64,000 nt of DNA from Methanobacteriota archaeon (GTDB lineage Archaea > Thermoplasmatota > E2 > DHVEG-1), in the NCBI GenBank assembly GCA_963769885.1, contig CAVYNH010000006.1:160001-224000 (forward strand), read 5' to 3'. The position numbers and the translations under genes are program-made. Positions 28,276 through 36,868 of the stretch are shown in pieces (position 1 is the stretch's first letter; every line of letters starts with the position of its first letter). The notes beneath the pieces are model-generated. The model saw only the letters and a program-made list of their open reading frames with translations, did not search any database and was not told the DNA's origin.

Positions 28276-31200
28276 ACCGCCGGCACAAGCACCTTCTCAC
28301 GCAGCGTGAACGTCCGACGGTCCCGAAACTCCTGCTGCTTCCCCTTGTTCCACTGGTTCACCGGCCTGATGTACCCGACGACCCGAGAGTAGACCTCACA
28401 CTGCGTCGTCTTCTGCTCCGCCGCACACCGCGGACACTGTGGATGCTCCCCCGAGATATACCCATGGTCCGGGCAGACGCTGAACGTCGGCGTGATCGTA
28501 TAATACGGCAGCGTGTAGTTCTCCGCGATCTTGCGCACCAGCTTCTTCACCGCGGTCGGCGACGGATCCTCCTCCCCGACGAAGATATGCAACACGGTGC
28601 CGCCCGTATACTTCGCCTGCAACGAGTCCTGCAGGTCAAGGGCCTCGAAGACATCGGTCGTGTACCCCACCGGCAGCTGCGTCGAGTTCGTATAGTACGG
28701 CTCGACATCCCGCCCGCGGTTCTGCGAGTACATCTCCTGATTGTAGATGCGCATATCTGGATAGGTTTTCCGATCTATCCTCGAGAGCCGATAGGACGTC
28801 CCTTCGCCAGGAGTCGCCTCAAGGTTGTACATATTCCCGGTCTCATTCTGATATTCAAGAATCCGCGCACGCATATAATCAAGAACCTTCTCAGCAAACG
28901 CTTTGCCCTCTTTGCTCGCTATACTGGTGTTCATGAAATTCAGGAGCGCATCGTTCATGCCGATCAAGCCGATGGTCGAGAAGTGGTTCTTCCAATACTC
29001 CCCGAATTTCTTCTTGACATCAGAGAGGTAGAACCTCGAGTATGGATGTAGGCCGCTATCCGTGAGGTTCTCGATGAGGTCACGCTTAATCTCTAGACTC
29101 TGCCTCGCTAACATCATGACCTTATCGAGACGCTGGAAGAAATCATCATCGTTTTTCGCAAGATGTCCTATCCGTGGCATGTTCAATGTGACGACACCGA
29201 TGGACCCGGTTTTTGGGTTCGCTCCAAAAAGGCCGCCTCCGCGTTTCTTGAGTTCGGTGTTCGATAATCGAAGCCTACAACACATACTTCGAACATCTTC
29301 TGGCTTCATGTCGCTATTAATGAAGTTACTGAAATAGGGAATGCCGTATTTCGCGGTCATGTCCCAGAGGGGTGCGAGACCATCGTTGTCCCAGTTGAAG
29401 TCTTTGGTGATGTTGTAGGTGGGGATGGGGAAAGTGAAAGGGCGACCCTTAGCGTCGCCTTCGTACATAATCTCGGCGAAGGCGCGGTTAATCATATCCA
29501 TCTCATCGGTGTATTCAGCATAGCCATTGTCAAGCTCTTGGCCGCCGACAATCGCGGCCTCATCTGTGAGGCAGTCGGGGACAGTGAGGTCCATGGTAAT
29601 GTTCGTGAACGGGGAATTATGATAGAAGACGAGCCCGGTGCTTCCTGCAAAGTTCTCAACGCCGTCCTCGCTCTGCACAGAGATATCGTATTCCCAATCC
29701 CAGTCCAGATTGTAATCGTCGATCTGATAAACAGGAATCCCTGCAGTATTCCCAAGAACCATGGTGAGTTCCTTTCTTGGGTTCGGATAGATGAGGAGGG
29801 TGCCTGCCCGTCCTTGGCTCTTGGCGGTAGCGCGGATACGCCAGTTTTGTGCCGTGCAGAGGACTGCGAGGGAAGTTAGGAGTTTATCGGACATGGAGCT
29901 GTACGTGATACGATGGGAGCCTTCGTCGATATATCCGTCTCCTTTCACCAGCTCGTCTATGAAGAGCGCGCGAAGTGCCGGGGAGAGATTAAAGACAAAT
30001 GAAGGAATAGTCTTTTCGCGCGAGGAAGCACCTGCGATGTATGGGAGCATATATGCGTAGAGTCCGCTGAGGGCGACATCGGCAATGACGGTTTCGGTGG
30101 GTTTCTTTTCTTTCGTGCTGTAACCATGAGTTTCCGTGATCGTCGGAGCCATTTTCAGCCCACTGACAAAGGCGATGATCGGTTTGACGTTTTTCATACG
30201 CTGTGAAATCACGACGTTGGCTCCGGTTACCTTTCCTTCTGAAATGAACCAGGCGGTGAGTCTGATAAAATCCTTGAGGGCATCACCTTCCAAGAATCGT
30301 TCATAGAATTTCTTGTTGTATGGCTTGATGTACAGTTTTTCGCCTTTAATGACACCATCAGAGTAGGTTCGATAGATGTCATAAGGCAAGGTATTGTTCT
30401 TGAACCCTTCATAAAGCGTCTTTCTATCATGTCTTCCATTCTTATACAAGAATTCCTTGAGTGATCCGTAAAGGGTCAGGATTTTCTTTTGAATATGCGG
30501 TACTTCATCGGAGACGACGAAGATCCTTTTTCGAATGGTATCCGGAAGCTCCTCCACAACGTCGAAAAGATCGAGACTTGGGGAGTCGCCCAACATATCT
30601 TTTCTGAGCCTATTGACGGCAACAACATGGTTATCGTCTGAGAGTGCTCCGTTCGGCGTAGCAGTCTTCAACTGCTGTGCTTCAACGGGTTTGATTTTCG
30701 ACTCTTCGAACCTAAAGAGGGAATGGGCAGGGGATACAAGGACTTCCCCACAGCCGGTACGAATCCTCTTGAATTTTTGAGATTGGATCTTGTGCTTGAT
30801 GAATGCTCTGACCGGGAACCAGTCGATCTCGCCCTTTTTATTAAACGAAATAACCTCGACAGTGTCAATTGGTGGTACCGCATATGAGTCAGGAGATGGA
30901 GTGCCATAGCCGTCAATATTCTGCACGATGTCTTTACGGTTCTTGCCGAAGGTTTCCTCGACCAGTTTGCCGATGAGCTCGACCTTGATTTTTCCGTTCC
31001 TCCGGATGACAATTGGTTCACTGGGAGCAAGTGACTGGAATCCGACCCGGGTTGGGACGTTCATGTTGAAGAGGAACTTCTGCATCTCCTGTTTGACGCC
31101 GTCGTAGTTGAGTTGGTCTTTGTCGATGAAGGGGGCGAGGAAGGAGTCGAAGTTGGAGAGGGCTTGGGCGCCCGCGGCTTCGCCTTGTAGGGTGTAGAGG

Positions 31201-31838
31201 TAGTTGACGATCTGCATGAGGGCGGTGCTGAAGTGTTTGGCGGGTTTGCTTTCGATCTTTCCGGATACTCCCCGGAAGCCTAGTAAAAGGAGATCCTTGA
31301 GATCCCATCCGATACAGTAGGCACCAAGTGTGCCGAGATCGTGAATGTGATAGTCTCCTTTGGTGTGTGCCTCGCCAATCTCGGGCGGGTAGATCTTGTT
31401 GAGCCAGTAGTGGGAGATGATGCTTTCCGTGGCGTAGATATTGAGTCCTTGGAGGGAGTAGCTCATGTTGCTGTTTTCGTTGACTTTCCAGTCGAGCATG
31501 CCAAGGTAGTCGTCGACGACGTCGATGTCTTTGAGCAGGCCGCCGATCTCGCGCATGTCTTGGTGTTGTTTGCGGTAGAGGATGTAGGCTTTGGCGGTCT
31601 TGGCGTGGCCGTCTTCGATGAGGATTTTTTCGACGACGTCTTGGACTTGTTCGACGGTGGGGATGTCGCCGCGTTTGAGGTCTTTTTCGAGTTGTTGGAT
31701 GACTTTGTCGGTGAGCTCTGCGGCGCGTTTGTAGTCTTTGCCGCCGACAGCCTGGGCTGCCTTCCAGATGGCGTCGGTGATTTTGATAGGGTTGAAGTCG
31801 ACGACGGTGTCGTCTCGTTTGCGTATCTTGCGTATCAT
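28272..31838 (-). CDS. nrdD: Class III ribonucleoside-triphosphate reductase with ATP-cone and intein
   Basis: ATP-cone, HIHDL, SMCCRL finger loop, EATPGEG, Zn ribbon, SRVVGY glycyl-radical loop. Confidence 0.95.
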   Translation of the reverse strand: MIRKIRKRDDTVVDFNPIKITDAIWKAAQAVGGKDYKRAAELTDKVIQQLEKDLKRGDIPTVEQVQDVVEKILIEDGHAKTAKAYILYRKQHQDMREIGGLLKDIDVVDDYLGMLDWKVNENSNMSYSLQGLNIYATESIISHYWLNKIYPPEIGEAHTKGDYHIHDLGTLGAYCIGWDLKDLLLLGFRGVSGKIESKPAKHFSTALMQIVNYLYTLQGEAAGAQALSNFDSFLAPFIDKDQLNYDGVKQEMQKFLFNMNVPTRVGFQSLAPSEPIVIRRNGKIKVELIGKLVEETFGKNRKDIVQNIDGYGTPSPDSYAVPPIDTVEVISFNKKGEIDWFPVRAFIKHKIQSQKFKRIRTGCGEVLVSPAHSLFRFEESKIKPVEAQQLKTATPNGALSDDNHVVAVNRLRKDMLGDSPSLDLFDVVEELPDTIRKRIFVVSDEVPHIQKKILTLYGSLKEFLYKNGRHDRKTLYEGFKNNTLPYDIYRTYSDGVIKGEKLYIKPYNKKFYERFLEGDALKDFIRLTAWFISEGKVTGANVVISQRMKNVKPIIAFVSGLKMAPTITETHGYSTKEKKPTETVIADVALSGLYAYMLPYIAGASSREKTIPSFVFNLSPALRALFIDELVKGDGYIDEGSHRITYSSMSDKLLTSLAVLCTAQNWRIRATAKSQGRAGTLLIYPNPRKELTMVLGNTAGIPVYQIDDYNLDWDWEYDISVQSEDGVENFAGSTGLVFYHNSPFTNITMDLTVPDCLTDEAAIVGGQELDNGYAEYTDEMDMINRAFAEIMYEGDAKGRPFTFPIPTYNITKDFNWDNDGLAPLWDMTAKYGIPYFSNFINSDMKPEDVRSMCCRLRLSNTELKKRGGGLFGANPKTGSIGVVTLNMPRIGHLAKNDDDFFQRLDKVMMLARQSLEIKRDLIENLTDSGLHPYSRFYLSDVKKKFGEYWKNHFSTIGLIGMNDALLNFMNTSIASKEGKAFAEKVLDYMRARILEYQNETGNMYNLEATPGEGTSYRLSRIDRKTYPDMRIYNQEMYSQNRGRDVEPYYTNSTQLPVGYTTDVFEALDLQDSLQAKYTGGTVLHIFVGEEDPSPTAVKKLVRKIAENYTLPYYTITPTFSVCPDHGYISGEHPQCPRCAAEQKTTQCEVYSRVVGYIRPVNQWNKGKQQEFRDRRTFTLREKVLVPAV
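29616..31034 (-). mobile_element. Intein (473 aa) with LAGLIDADG homing endonuclease domain
   Basis: Interrupts RVGFQ|SPFTN; starts SLAPSEP, block B VSPAHSLF, WFISEG and LVKGDG motifs, ends YDISV..ENF..FYHN before Ser+1. Confidence 0.92.
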
Positions 31839-31880
31839 GGGTGTTCCATCTCTCCTCAATTTTGGTCTGCGTTTTGGTTG

Positions 31881-32330
31881 CTAGGGTTTGGTTAGGTTGT
31901 GAACTTCTTGTTCGAAGTGGGTGATGTCGGTGAAGGATCGGTAGACGGAGGCGAACCGGATGTAGGCGACCTGGTCGAGTTCTTTGAGGCAGTCCATGAC
32001 GTATTCGCCGATGGTGCTGCTGGGGATTTCTTCGAGGCCGCTGCGGCGTATTTTTTCTTCGATGGTGTCGAGGGCGGCTTCGAGTTGGTCGGGGGTGACG
32101 GGGCGTTTTTCGAGGGCCTTTTGCATACCGGTTTTGATTTTGGTGCGGTCGTATTTTTGTTTGCGTCCGTCTTTTTTGATGACGTAGAGTGGCTCCATCT
32201 CGATGGCTTCGTAGGTGGTGAAGCGGCGTTGGCAGCTGAGGCATTCGCGGCGTCGTCGGATGCTGTATTTGCCGGTGTCTCGGGAGTCGGTGACTTTCGT
32301 CTCTGGCGTGTTACAGTAGGGGCAGTTCAT
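31881..32330 (-). CDS. nrdR: Transcriptional repressor NrdR
   Basis: MNCPYC, DSR, IRRRRECLSC..RFTTYE, ATP-cone, DQVAYIRFASVY. Confidence 0.95.
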   Translation of the reverse strand: MNCPYCNTPETKVTDSRDTGKYSIRRRRECLSCQRRFTTYEAIEMEPLYVIKKDGRKQKYDRTKIKTGMQKALEKRPVTPDQLEAALDTIEEKIRRSGLEEIPSSTIGEYVMDCLKELDQVAYIRFASVYRSFTDITHFEQEVHNLTKP

Positions 32331-32341
32331 CCATCCTCACT

Positions 32342-32357
32342 CACCACAAGATGTGGT
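32342..32357. promoter_or_regulatory. Putative NrdR box
   Basis: Palindromic CACCACAAGATGTGGT between TATA (minus strand ~32404-32411) and nrdR start; resembles the acaCwAtATaTwGtg consensus. Confidence 0.6.
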
Positions 32358-32550
32358 AGAAAACGGTCCGTTTTTCTACCGCGGATTGTATAGCGTGTGG
32401 TTTTTTTATAACTTGCGGTTTTTTCAATATTGAGGACTGTAGACTATCATCATGCTAGCTTTTTGAATGGCTGTTTGGACTGCGTTTTTTGGTACTCGAT
32501 GTGGTGGATTGTCGGGGTCTTTCTTAAAGTCTCGAGGGGGGTGGCTGAAA

Positions 32551-32766
32551 CTATTCAGCGGCTTTGTCTCAAAAGTATTCAGCCGTCCCCCGAGATCGTT
32601 TTTCTCGTCTTGAAGTGGCTTCAGGAGGAACCTTTGAGTTTTGAGACAACGCCCTATTCAGCGGCTTTGTCTCGAAAGTATTCGACCTCTCCTTAGACCA
32701 TTTTCCTTGTCTTGGAGATGCTTCAGGAAGAGTCTTTGAGTTTTGAGACAACGCCCTATTCAGCGG
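32551..32766. repeat. Two full ~102-bp tandem units plus a partial third, each with near-terminal inverted repeats
   Basis: CTATTCAGCGG at 32551, 32654, 32756; TTGTCTCRAAA / TTTTGAGACAA inverted pair. Confidence 0.85.
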
Positions 32767-32949
32767 GGTTCCCAGGGGCCTTCATGGGATGCAAGCATGT
32801 ATGCAGATGGGTGTGCAGGTGCTCTGTGTGTTAATGCATCATTCCTCAAGAAAAATATCCTGGTTTCAGACGAAGCGATTCTTTCTTAGAAATATTGAAA
32901 TACTTGGTTGCGATTCGAACAGTACAAAGAACTAGGAGGTAAGTGTACC

Positions 32950-33519
32950 ATGAAAATCGGAAATCCGCATGAGTTAATAGGAAAAGAAGTGTACGACGCG
33001 ACCGGCCGGAGTATCGGCTGGATGGACAAGACGTGGCGGGGATGGAATGAGGAATACCCCGGGTATTTCTTTGGGATCAAGACCAATGAGTACGTCCGCA
33101 ACAACTGGTTCCGCGGTGACAACAAGCTGATCCCGATCCCCAGCGAGTACGTCCGTGAGACGGGCACCACCGTGACGCTGAACAAGACGCTGGATGACCT
33201 GTGCCGCAGCTGGAACAAGACGGTGACCTGTGGGCCGTTCACGCTACCGTTCGAGGAGCTAATCGAGAAGCCGGTCTACGACAAGTACAACAGCCGCGTC
33301 GGCACGTTCACTACGGGTGTCGAGAAGAACGGGACCTACAACAACCTCGGCTTGATCCTAGACCCGTACATCTGCGAGACCTGGCACATGCCCTACAACA
33401 CGACGGTGCCGATCGACACGCAGCACATCACCACGGTCAAGGACACGGTGACCCTGAACATCGCCCTGCACGAGCTGAAGGACTACTGGACCTGGAAACA
33501 GCGCCAGACCCAGCCGTAA
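32950..33519 (+). CDS. Tandem PRC-barrel domain protein
   Basis: Two repeats ELIGKEVYDATGRSIG / ELIEKPVYDKYNSRVG; GGAGGT RBS. Confidence 0.7.
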   Translation: MKIGNPHELIGKEVYDATGRSIGWMDKTWRGWNEEYPGYFFGIKTNEYVRNNWFRGDNKLIPIPSEYVRETGTTVTLNKTLDDLCRSWNKTVTCGPFTLPFEELIEKPVYDKYNSRVGTFTTGVEKNGTYNNLGLILDPYICETWHMPYNTTVPIDTQHITTVKDTVTLNIALHELKDYWTWKQRQTQP

Positions 33520-33550
33520 GAGATTCAGCCTCTGAATCTCCCTTTTTTTT
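33520..33550 (+). terminator. Hairpin plus T-tract terminator
   Basis: GAGATTCAG-CCT-CTGAATCTC then T8, immediately after the stop codon. Confidence 0.7.
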
Positions 33551-33564
33551 ATTTTTCTGTTTTT

Positions 33565-34197
33565 TTAGGTTATCTTGATTTCTTCGGCGTGGTCGACCGC
33601 TGTTTGCACAAGGGACGCGATGTCGAGTTTTTGTTCTTCGGCGTGGATGCGGTCGAGGCTGGCTCGAGTGGCGGGTTTGGGGGGGACGGCGGTGCAGCCG
33701 GTGGTGCGGACGGTGGAGAGTTCGTAGGTGCCGATGTCTTTGGCTATCTGGATGATGTCGTTTTTGTCGTAGCCGATGAGGGGGCGGAGGATCGGGATGG
33801 TGACGGCGTCTTCGATTGCTCTGAGGTTTTGGAGGGTCTGGCTGGCGACTTGGCCGAGGGATTCGCCGGTGACGATGGCCTCGGCTTGTTGTCGGCGGGC
33901 GATTTCTTGGGCGTAGCGCATCATCATGCGTTTGCAGAAGACGCAGGTGAGCTTCGGGTTGCAGTCTTGGATGTACCGTTGGAGGGCGGGCCCGTTGAGG
34001 ACGCGGTAGGCTTTGGGTGGTGAGGGGAGGAGATGGTGGAGGCGGGTGGCGACGGCGAGGAAGTTCTGGTAGTTTTGGTCGCTGTAGAAGGGCCGGTTGT
34101 CGGCGTGGACGAAAATGAGGTCTGGTGTCCAGTGGCGGATGATGTAGGCGGCGACGGGGGAGTCGATGCCGCCGGAGAGGAGGCAGACAAGTTTCAT
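33565..34197 (-). CDS. ThiI-like PP-loop sulfurtransferase, catalytic domain only
   Basis: LSGGIDSPVA, CVFCKRMM, TGESLGQVASQT, RPLIGYDK; no THUMP domain. Confidence 0.85.
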   Translation of the reverse strand: MKLVCLLSGGIDSPVAAYIIRHWTPDLIFVHADNRPFYSDQNYQNFLAVATRLHHLLPSPPKAYRVLNGPALQRYIQDCNPKLTCVFCKRMMMRYAQEIARRQQAEAIVTGESLGQVASQTLQNLRAIEDAVTIPILRPLIGYDKNDIIQIAKDIGTYELSTVRTTGCTAVPPKPATRASLDRIHAEEQKLDIASLVQTAVDHAEEIKIT

Positions 34198-34505
34198 GTG
34201 GTCTCGGTGGTAAGGTAGGTGAGGTAGTCGGGGAGTCCGCCGGTGATGGGGAGGGTGATGATGTCGGGGAGTTCGTAGGGGTGGAGGCTGCGGATGCGGT
34301 CGACGCAGGCCACGGCTTTGTCATCTGTGGTTTTGGCGATGAGGAGGGTTTCGGTGGCGCCTTCGACTTTGTGGTGCCAGCGGTAGATGGACTCTATTTT
34401 TGGGATGATGTTGGTGCAGGCCGCGAGTTTTTCTCTGACGATGGCGGAGGCGATGGTGCGTGCTTCTTGGAGTGAGCCTGTGGTGGTGTAGATGAGTTGG
34501 GCCAT
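34194..34505 (-). CDS. cutA: Divalent cation tolerance protein CutA
   Basis: LAACTNI, SIYRW, KT, HPYELP. Confidence 0.92.
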   Translation of the reverse strand: MAQLIYTTTGSLQEARTIASAIVREKLAACTNIIPKIESIYRWHHKVEGATETLLIAKTTDDKAVACVDRIRSLHPYELPDIITLPITGGLPDYLTYLTTETT

Positions 34506-34509
34506 GGTC

Positions 34510-34956
34510 TCAGTGTGTTTTGTAGTGGGGGTGGTTTAATATGTTTTTTCGTGGGCGGTAGGGCGTGAGGGTGAGGGCCCGGATGGTGTTTGTGAGTTCT
34601 TTTTTTGGTCCGTGGATGAGGTGGCTGAGGCAGGCGCAGTCGCTGTTGCCGAAGTCGGGGATGAAGTCGTGGTGTTGGAGGAGGGCGGCGGCGATGCGGC
34701 ATTCTGTGAGCTTTGGGTTGGTGGTGGTGTAGGCGTGGATGGTGTGGGCGGAGGGGAGGAGGTAGTCGATGTGCCAGTGGAGCTTTTTTTCTGCTCGGAG
34801 GTGACGGGTGATGCGTTGGTCGAGGCCGTTGCGGGCGGAGCCGACGTAGACGTAGGTGGCGGTGGGGAAGTGGAGGGTCCTTTTCTTGCCGATGGGGAGC
34901 GTGAGTGGTCTGGTGAGGGTGAAGAGGAGGATGTAGGCTCCGGGTCGTGGTGGCAT
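34510..34956 (-). CDS. DUF123 / GIY-YIG-like nuclease
   Basis: GAYIL, YVYVGSA, RH..KKLHWHIDYLL, FGNSDCACLSHL. Confidence 0.8.
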   Translation of the reverse strand: MPPRPGAYILLFTLTRPLTLPIGKKRTLHFPTATYVYVGSARNGLDQRITRHLRAEKKLHWHIDYLLPSAHTIHAYTTTNPKLTECRIAAALLQHHDFIPDFGNSDCACLSHLIHGPKKELTNTIRALTLTPYRPRKNILNHPHYKTH

Positions 34957-35053
34957 TGTTGCTTGGGAGGTTTGATGGGGTTCTTTGATTTTTTGGTTCT
35001 TGTCGAAGGTGGTAAAAAGGGGGGATGAAATTTTGGGTTGGTTGGTGGTGTGA

Positions 35054-35419
35054 ATGGCGGGTCATGGTCTTGAGGTTGTGAAGGTGTCGTCTCTTGCGGA
35101 GGCGCGTGCGTTGTTGGTGGGGCTTGGGTGTGATCCGGCGGGGGTGGAGATCATGGTGCCGAAGGCGGTGCTGCGGGTGGTCCGGTTCCGTGGGGTGGTG
35201 CTGCAGGATGCGGTGATGGTGAAGCAGGATATGTTGTCGGTGGGGGGTGAGGTGGCGATCCCCCGGTATACGTACGATCGGATGGCGGAGACGGCGGATA
35301 TCCTGGTGTTTGGGACGGTGGCGCAGTTGGATGAGCTGGTGGTGAAGCTGCGGCGGCATTATCCGCGGATCCGTGGGCTGGCGGATGAGTTGTCTGCCGT
35401 CGTCTCGGGGTTCCGGTAG
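35054..35419 (+). CDS. Stand-alone homologue of the N-terminal extension of some dihydropteroate synthases
   Basis: GCDPAGVEIMVPKA, AVMVKQDMLSVGGEVAI, LVFGTVAQL recalled from extended FolP proteins. Confidence 0.55.
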   Translation: MAGHGLEVVKVSSLAEARALLVGLGCDPAGVEIMVPKAVLRVVRFRGVVLQDAVMVKQDMLSVGGEVAIPRYTYDRMAETADILVFGTVAQLDELVVKLRRHYPRIRGLADELSAVVSGFR

Positions 35420-35476
35420 GTTGCTCCTAAGATTTTTATCTGTGCTGGTGTTGTAGGTAGGTTGGGGTGACGTCAG

Positions 35477-36826
35477 TTGGAGAATCCTGTCTGCCCGTTG
35501 GAGTATCGGTATGGACGGCCGGTGTTGAAGGCGATTTTTGGGGAGTCCAGTAAGCTGCAGTATCTGTTGGATGTGGAGGCGGCGCTGGCGCGGGCGCATG
35601 CGGCGGTCGGGACGATCCCGAAGGCTGCAGCGCAGGAGATCTCGCGCAAGGCGAACACGAAATATGTGACGGCGCAGCGGGTCTCGGAGATCGAGCGAGA
35701 GACGAAGCATGACATCATGGCAGTGACCAAGGCGCTATCTGAGGCGTGCACTGGGGATGCGGGGAAGTACGTGCATCTGGGCGCGACGAGCTACGATATC
35801 GTCGACACGGCGAACGCGCTGCAGTTCGCGGCCGCGACATCTCAGATTTCTTCTCAGCTAAAAGAGTTGCGGAGGGTTCTCGTCCGTCTTGCGAAGGAGC
35901 ATCGGGACACGCTGATGCTGGGCCGGACGCACGGGCAGTCCTCGATCCCGATCACGTTTGGGCTCAAGATGGCGGTCTACGCTCTTGAGGTGGACCGGCA
36001 GCTGGAGCGGATGCATGAATGCAAGTCCCGGGTCCTCGTCGGCAAGATGAGCGGGGCGGTCGGCACCGGTGCGGCGCTGGGGAAGAACGCGCTGAAGATC
36101 CAGCAACTCGTCATGGCGGACTTGAAGCTCGGGGTTGAGGAGGGTCCGACGCAGATCGTGGACCGGGACCGGTACATCGAGCTGCTGTCGGTGTTGGCGA
36201 ATATCGCGGCGAGCATGGAGAAGTTCGGCACCGAGGTGCGGAACCTGCAGCGCTCCGAGATCGGAGAGGTCTCAGAGGCGTTCGAGGCGAAGAAGCAGGT
36301 CGGCTCGTCGACGATGCCGCAGAAGAAGAACCCGATCACGAGCGAGCAGGTCTGCGGGCTGGCGCGGGTCGTGCGCTGTTACGTGATCCCCGGATTTGAG
36401 GACGCGGTGCAGTGGCATGAGCGGGACCTGGCGAACAGCGCGGCGGAGCGGTTCATCCTGCCGCATTCCCTGATTCTGACGGATTGGATTATCACGCAGA
36501 TGATCGACGTCTTTTCGCATTTGAAGGTGAACCCGGAGCGGATGCGACAGAACCTGGAGCGGTCCCAGGGGCTGCCGATGGCGGAGGCGGCCATGAGCAG
36601 GCTCATCGAGAAAGGGATGGGCCGCGGGGACGCGCATGAGCTCCTTCGGGTCTCAGCGTTGAAGGCCTCGGAGTCCGGGGAGCAGCTGCTCGCGGTGCTG
36701 CGGCGGACGCCGAAGGTGACTGGGATGCTATCCGAAAAGGAACTGAAAGCGGCGATGGACCCCAAGAACTATCTGGGCGTCACCAGCGCGATCGTGGACA
36801 ACATCGTCAAGAAGCTCTCTCGATAG
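35477..36826 (+). CDS. purB: Adenylosuccinate lyase
   Basis: KHDIMA, HLGATSYD, GRTHGQ, GSSTMPQKKNP, WHERDL. Confidence 0.95.
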   Translation: MENPVCPLEYRYGRPVLKAIFGESSKLQYLLDVEAALARAHAAVGTIPKAAAQEISRKANTKYVTAQRVSEIERETKHDIMAVTKALSEACTGDAGKYVHLGATSYDIVDTANALQFAAATSQISSQLKELRRVLVRLAKEHRDTLMLGRTHGQSSIPITFGLKMAVYALEVDRQLERMHECKSRVLVGKMSGAVGTGAALGKNALKIQQLVMADLKLGVEEGPTQIVDRDRYIELLSVLANIAASMEKFGTEVRNLQRSEIGEVSEAFEAKKQVGSSTMPQKKNPITSEQVCGLARVVRCYVIPGFEDAVQWHERDLANSAAERFILPHSLILTDWIITQMIDVFSHLKVNPERMRQNLERSQGLPMAEAAMSRLIEKGMGRGDAHELLRVSALKASESGEQLLAVLRRTPKVTGMLSEKELKAAMDPKNYLGVTSAIVDNIVKKLSR

Positions 36827-36868
36827 CGAGTCAGGAAGCCTCTCGAGTATTTCTCCTGGGAAAACGAA

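Noticed and set aside
32551-32766. CRISPR mini-array reading of the tandem repeats
   Set aside because: The intervening segments are homologous to each other, the unit is too long, and there are no cas genes.
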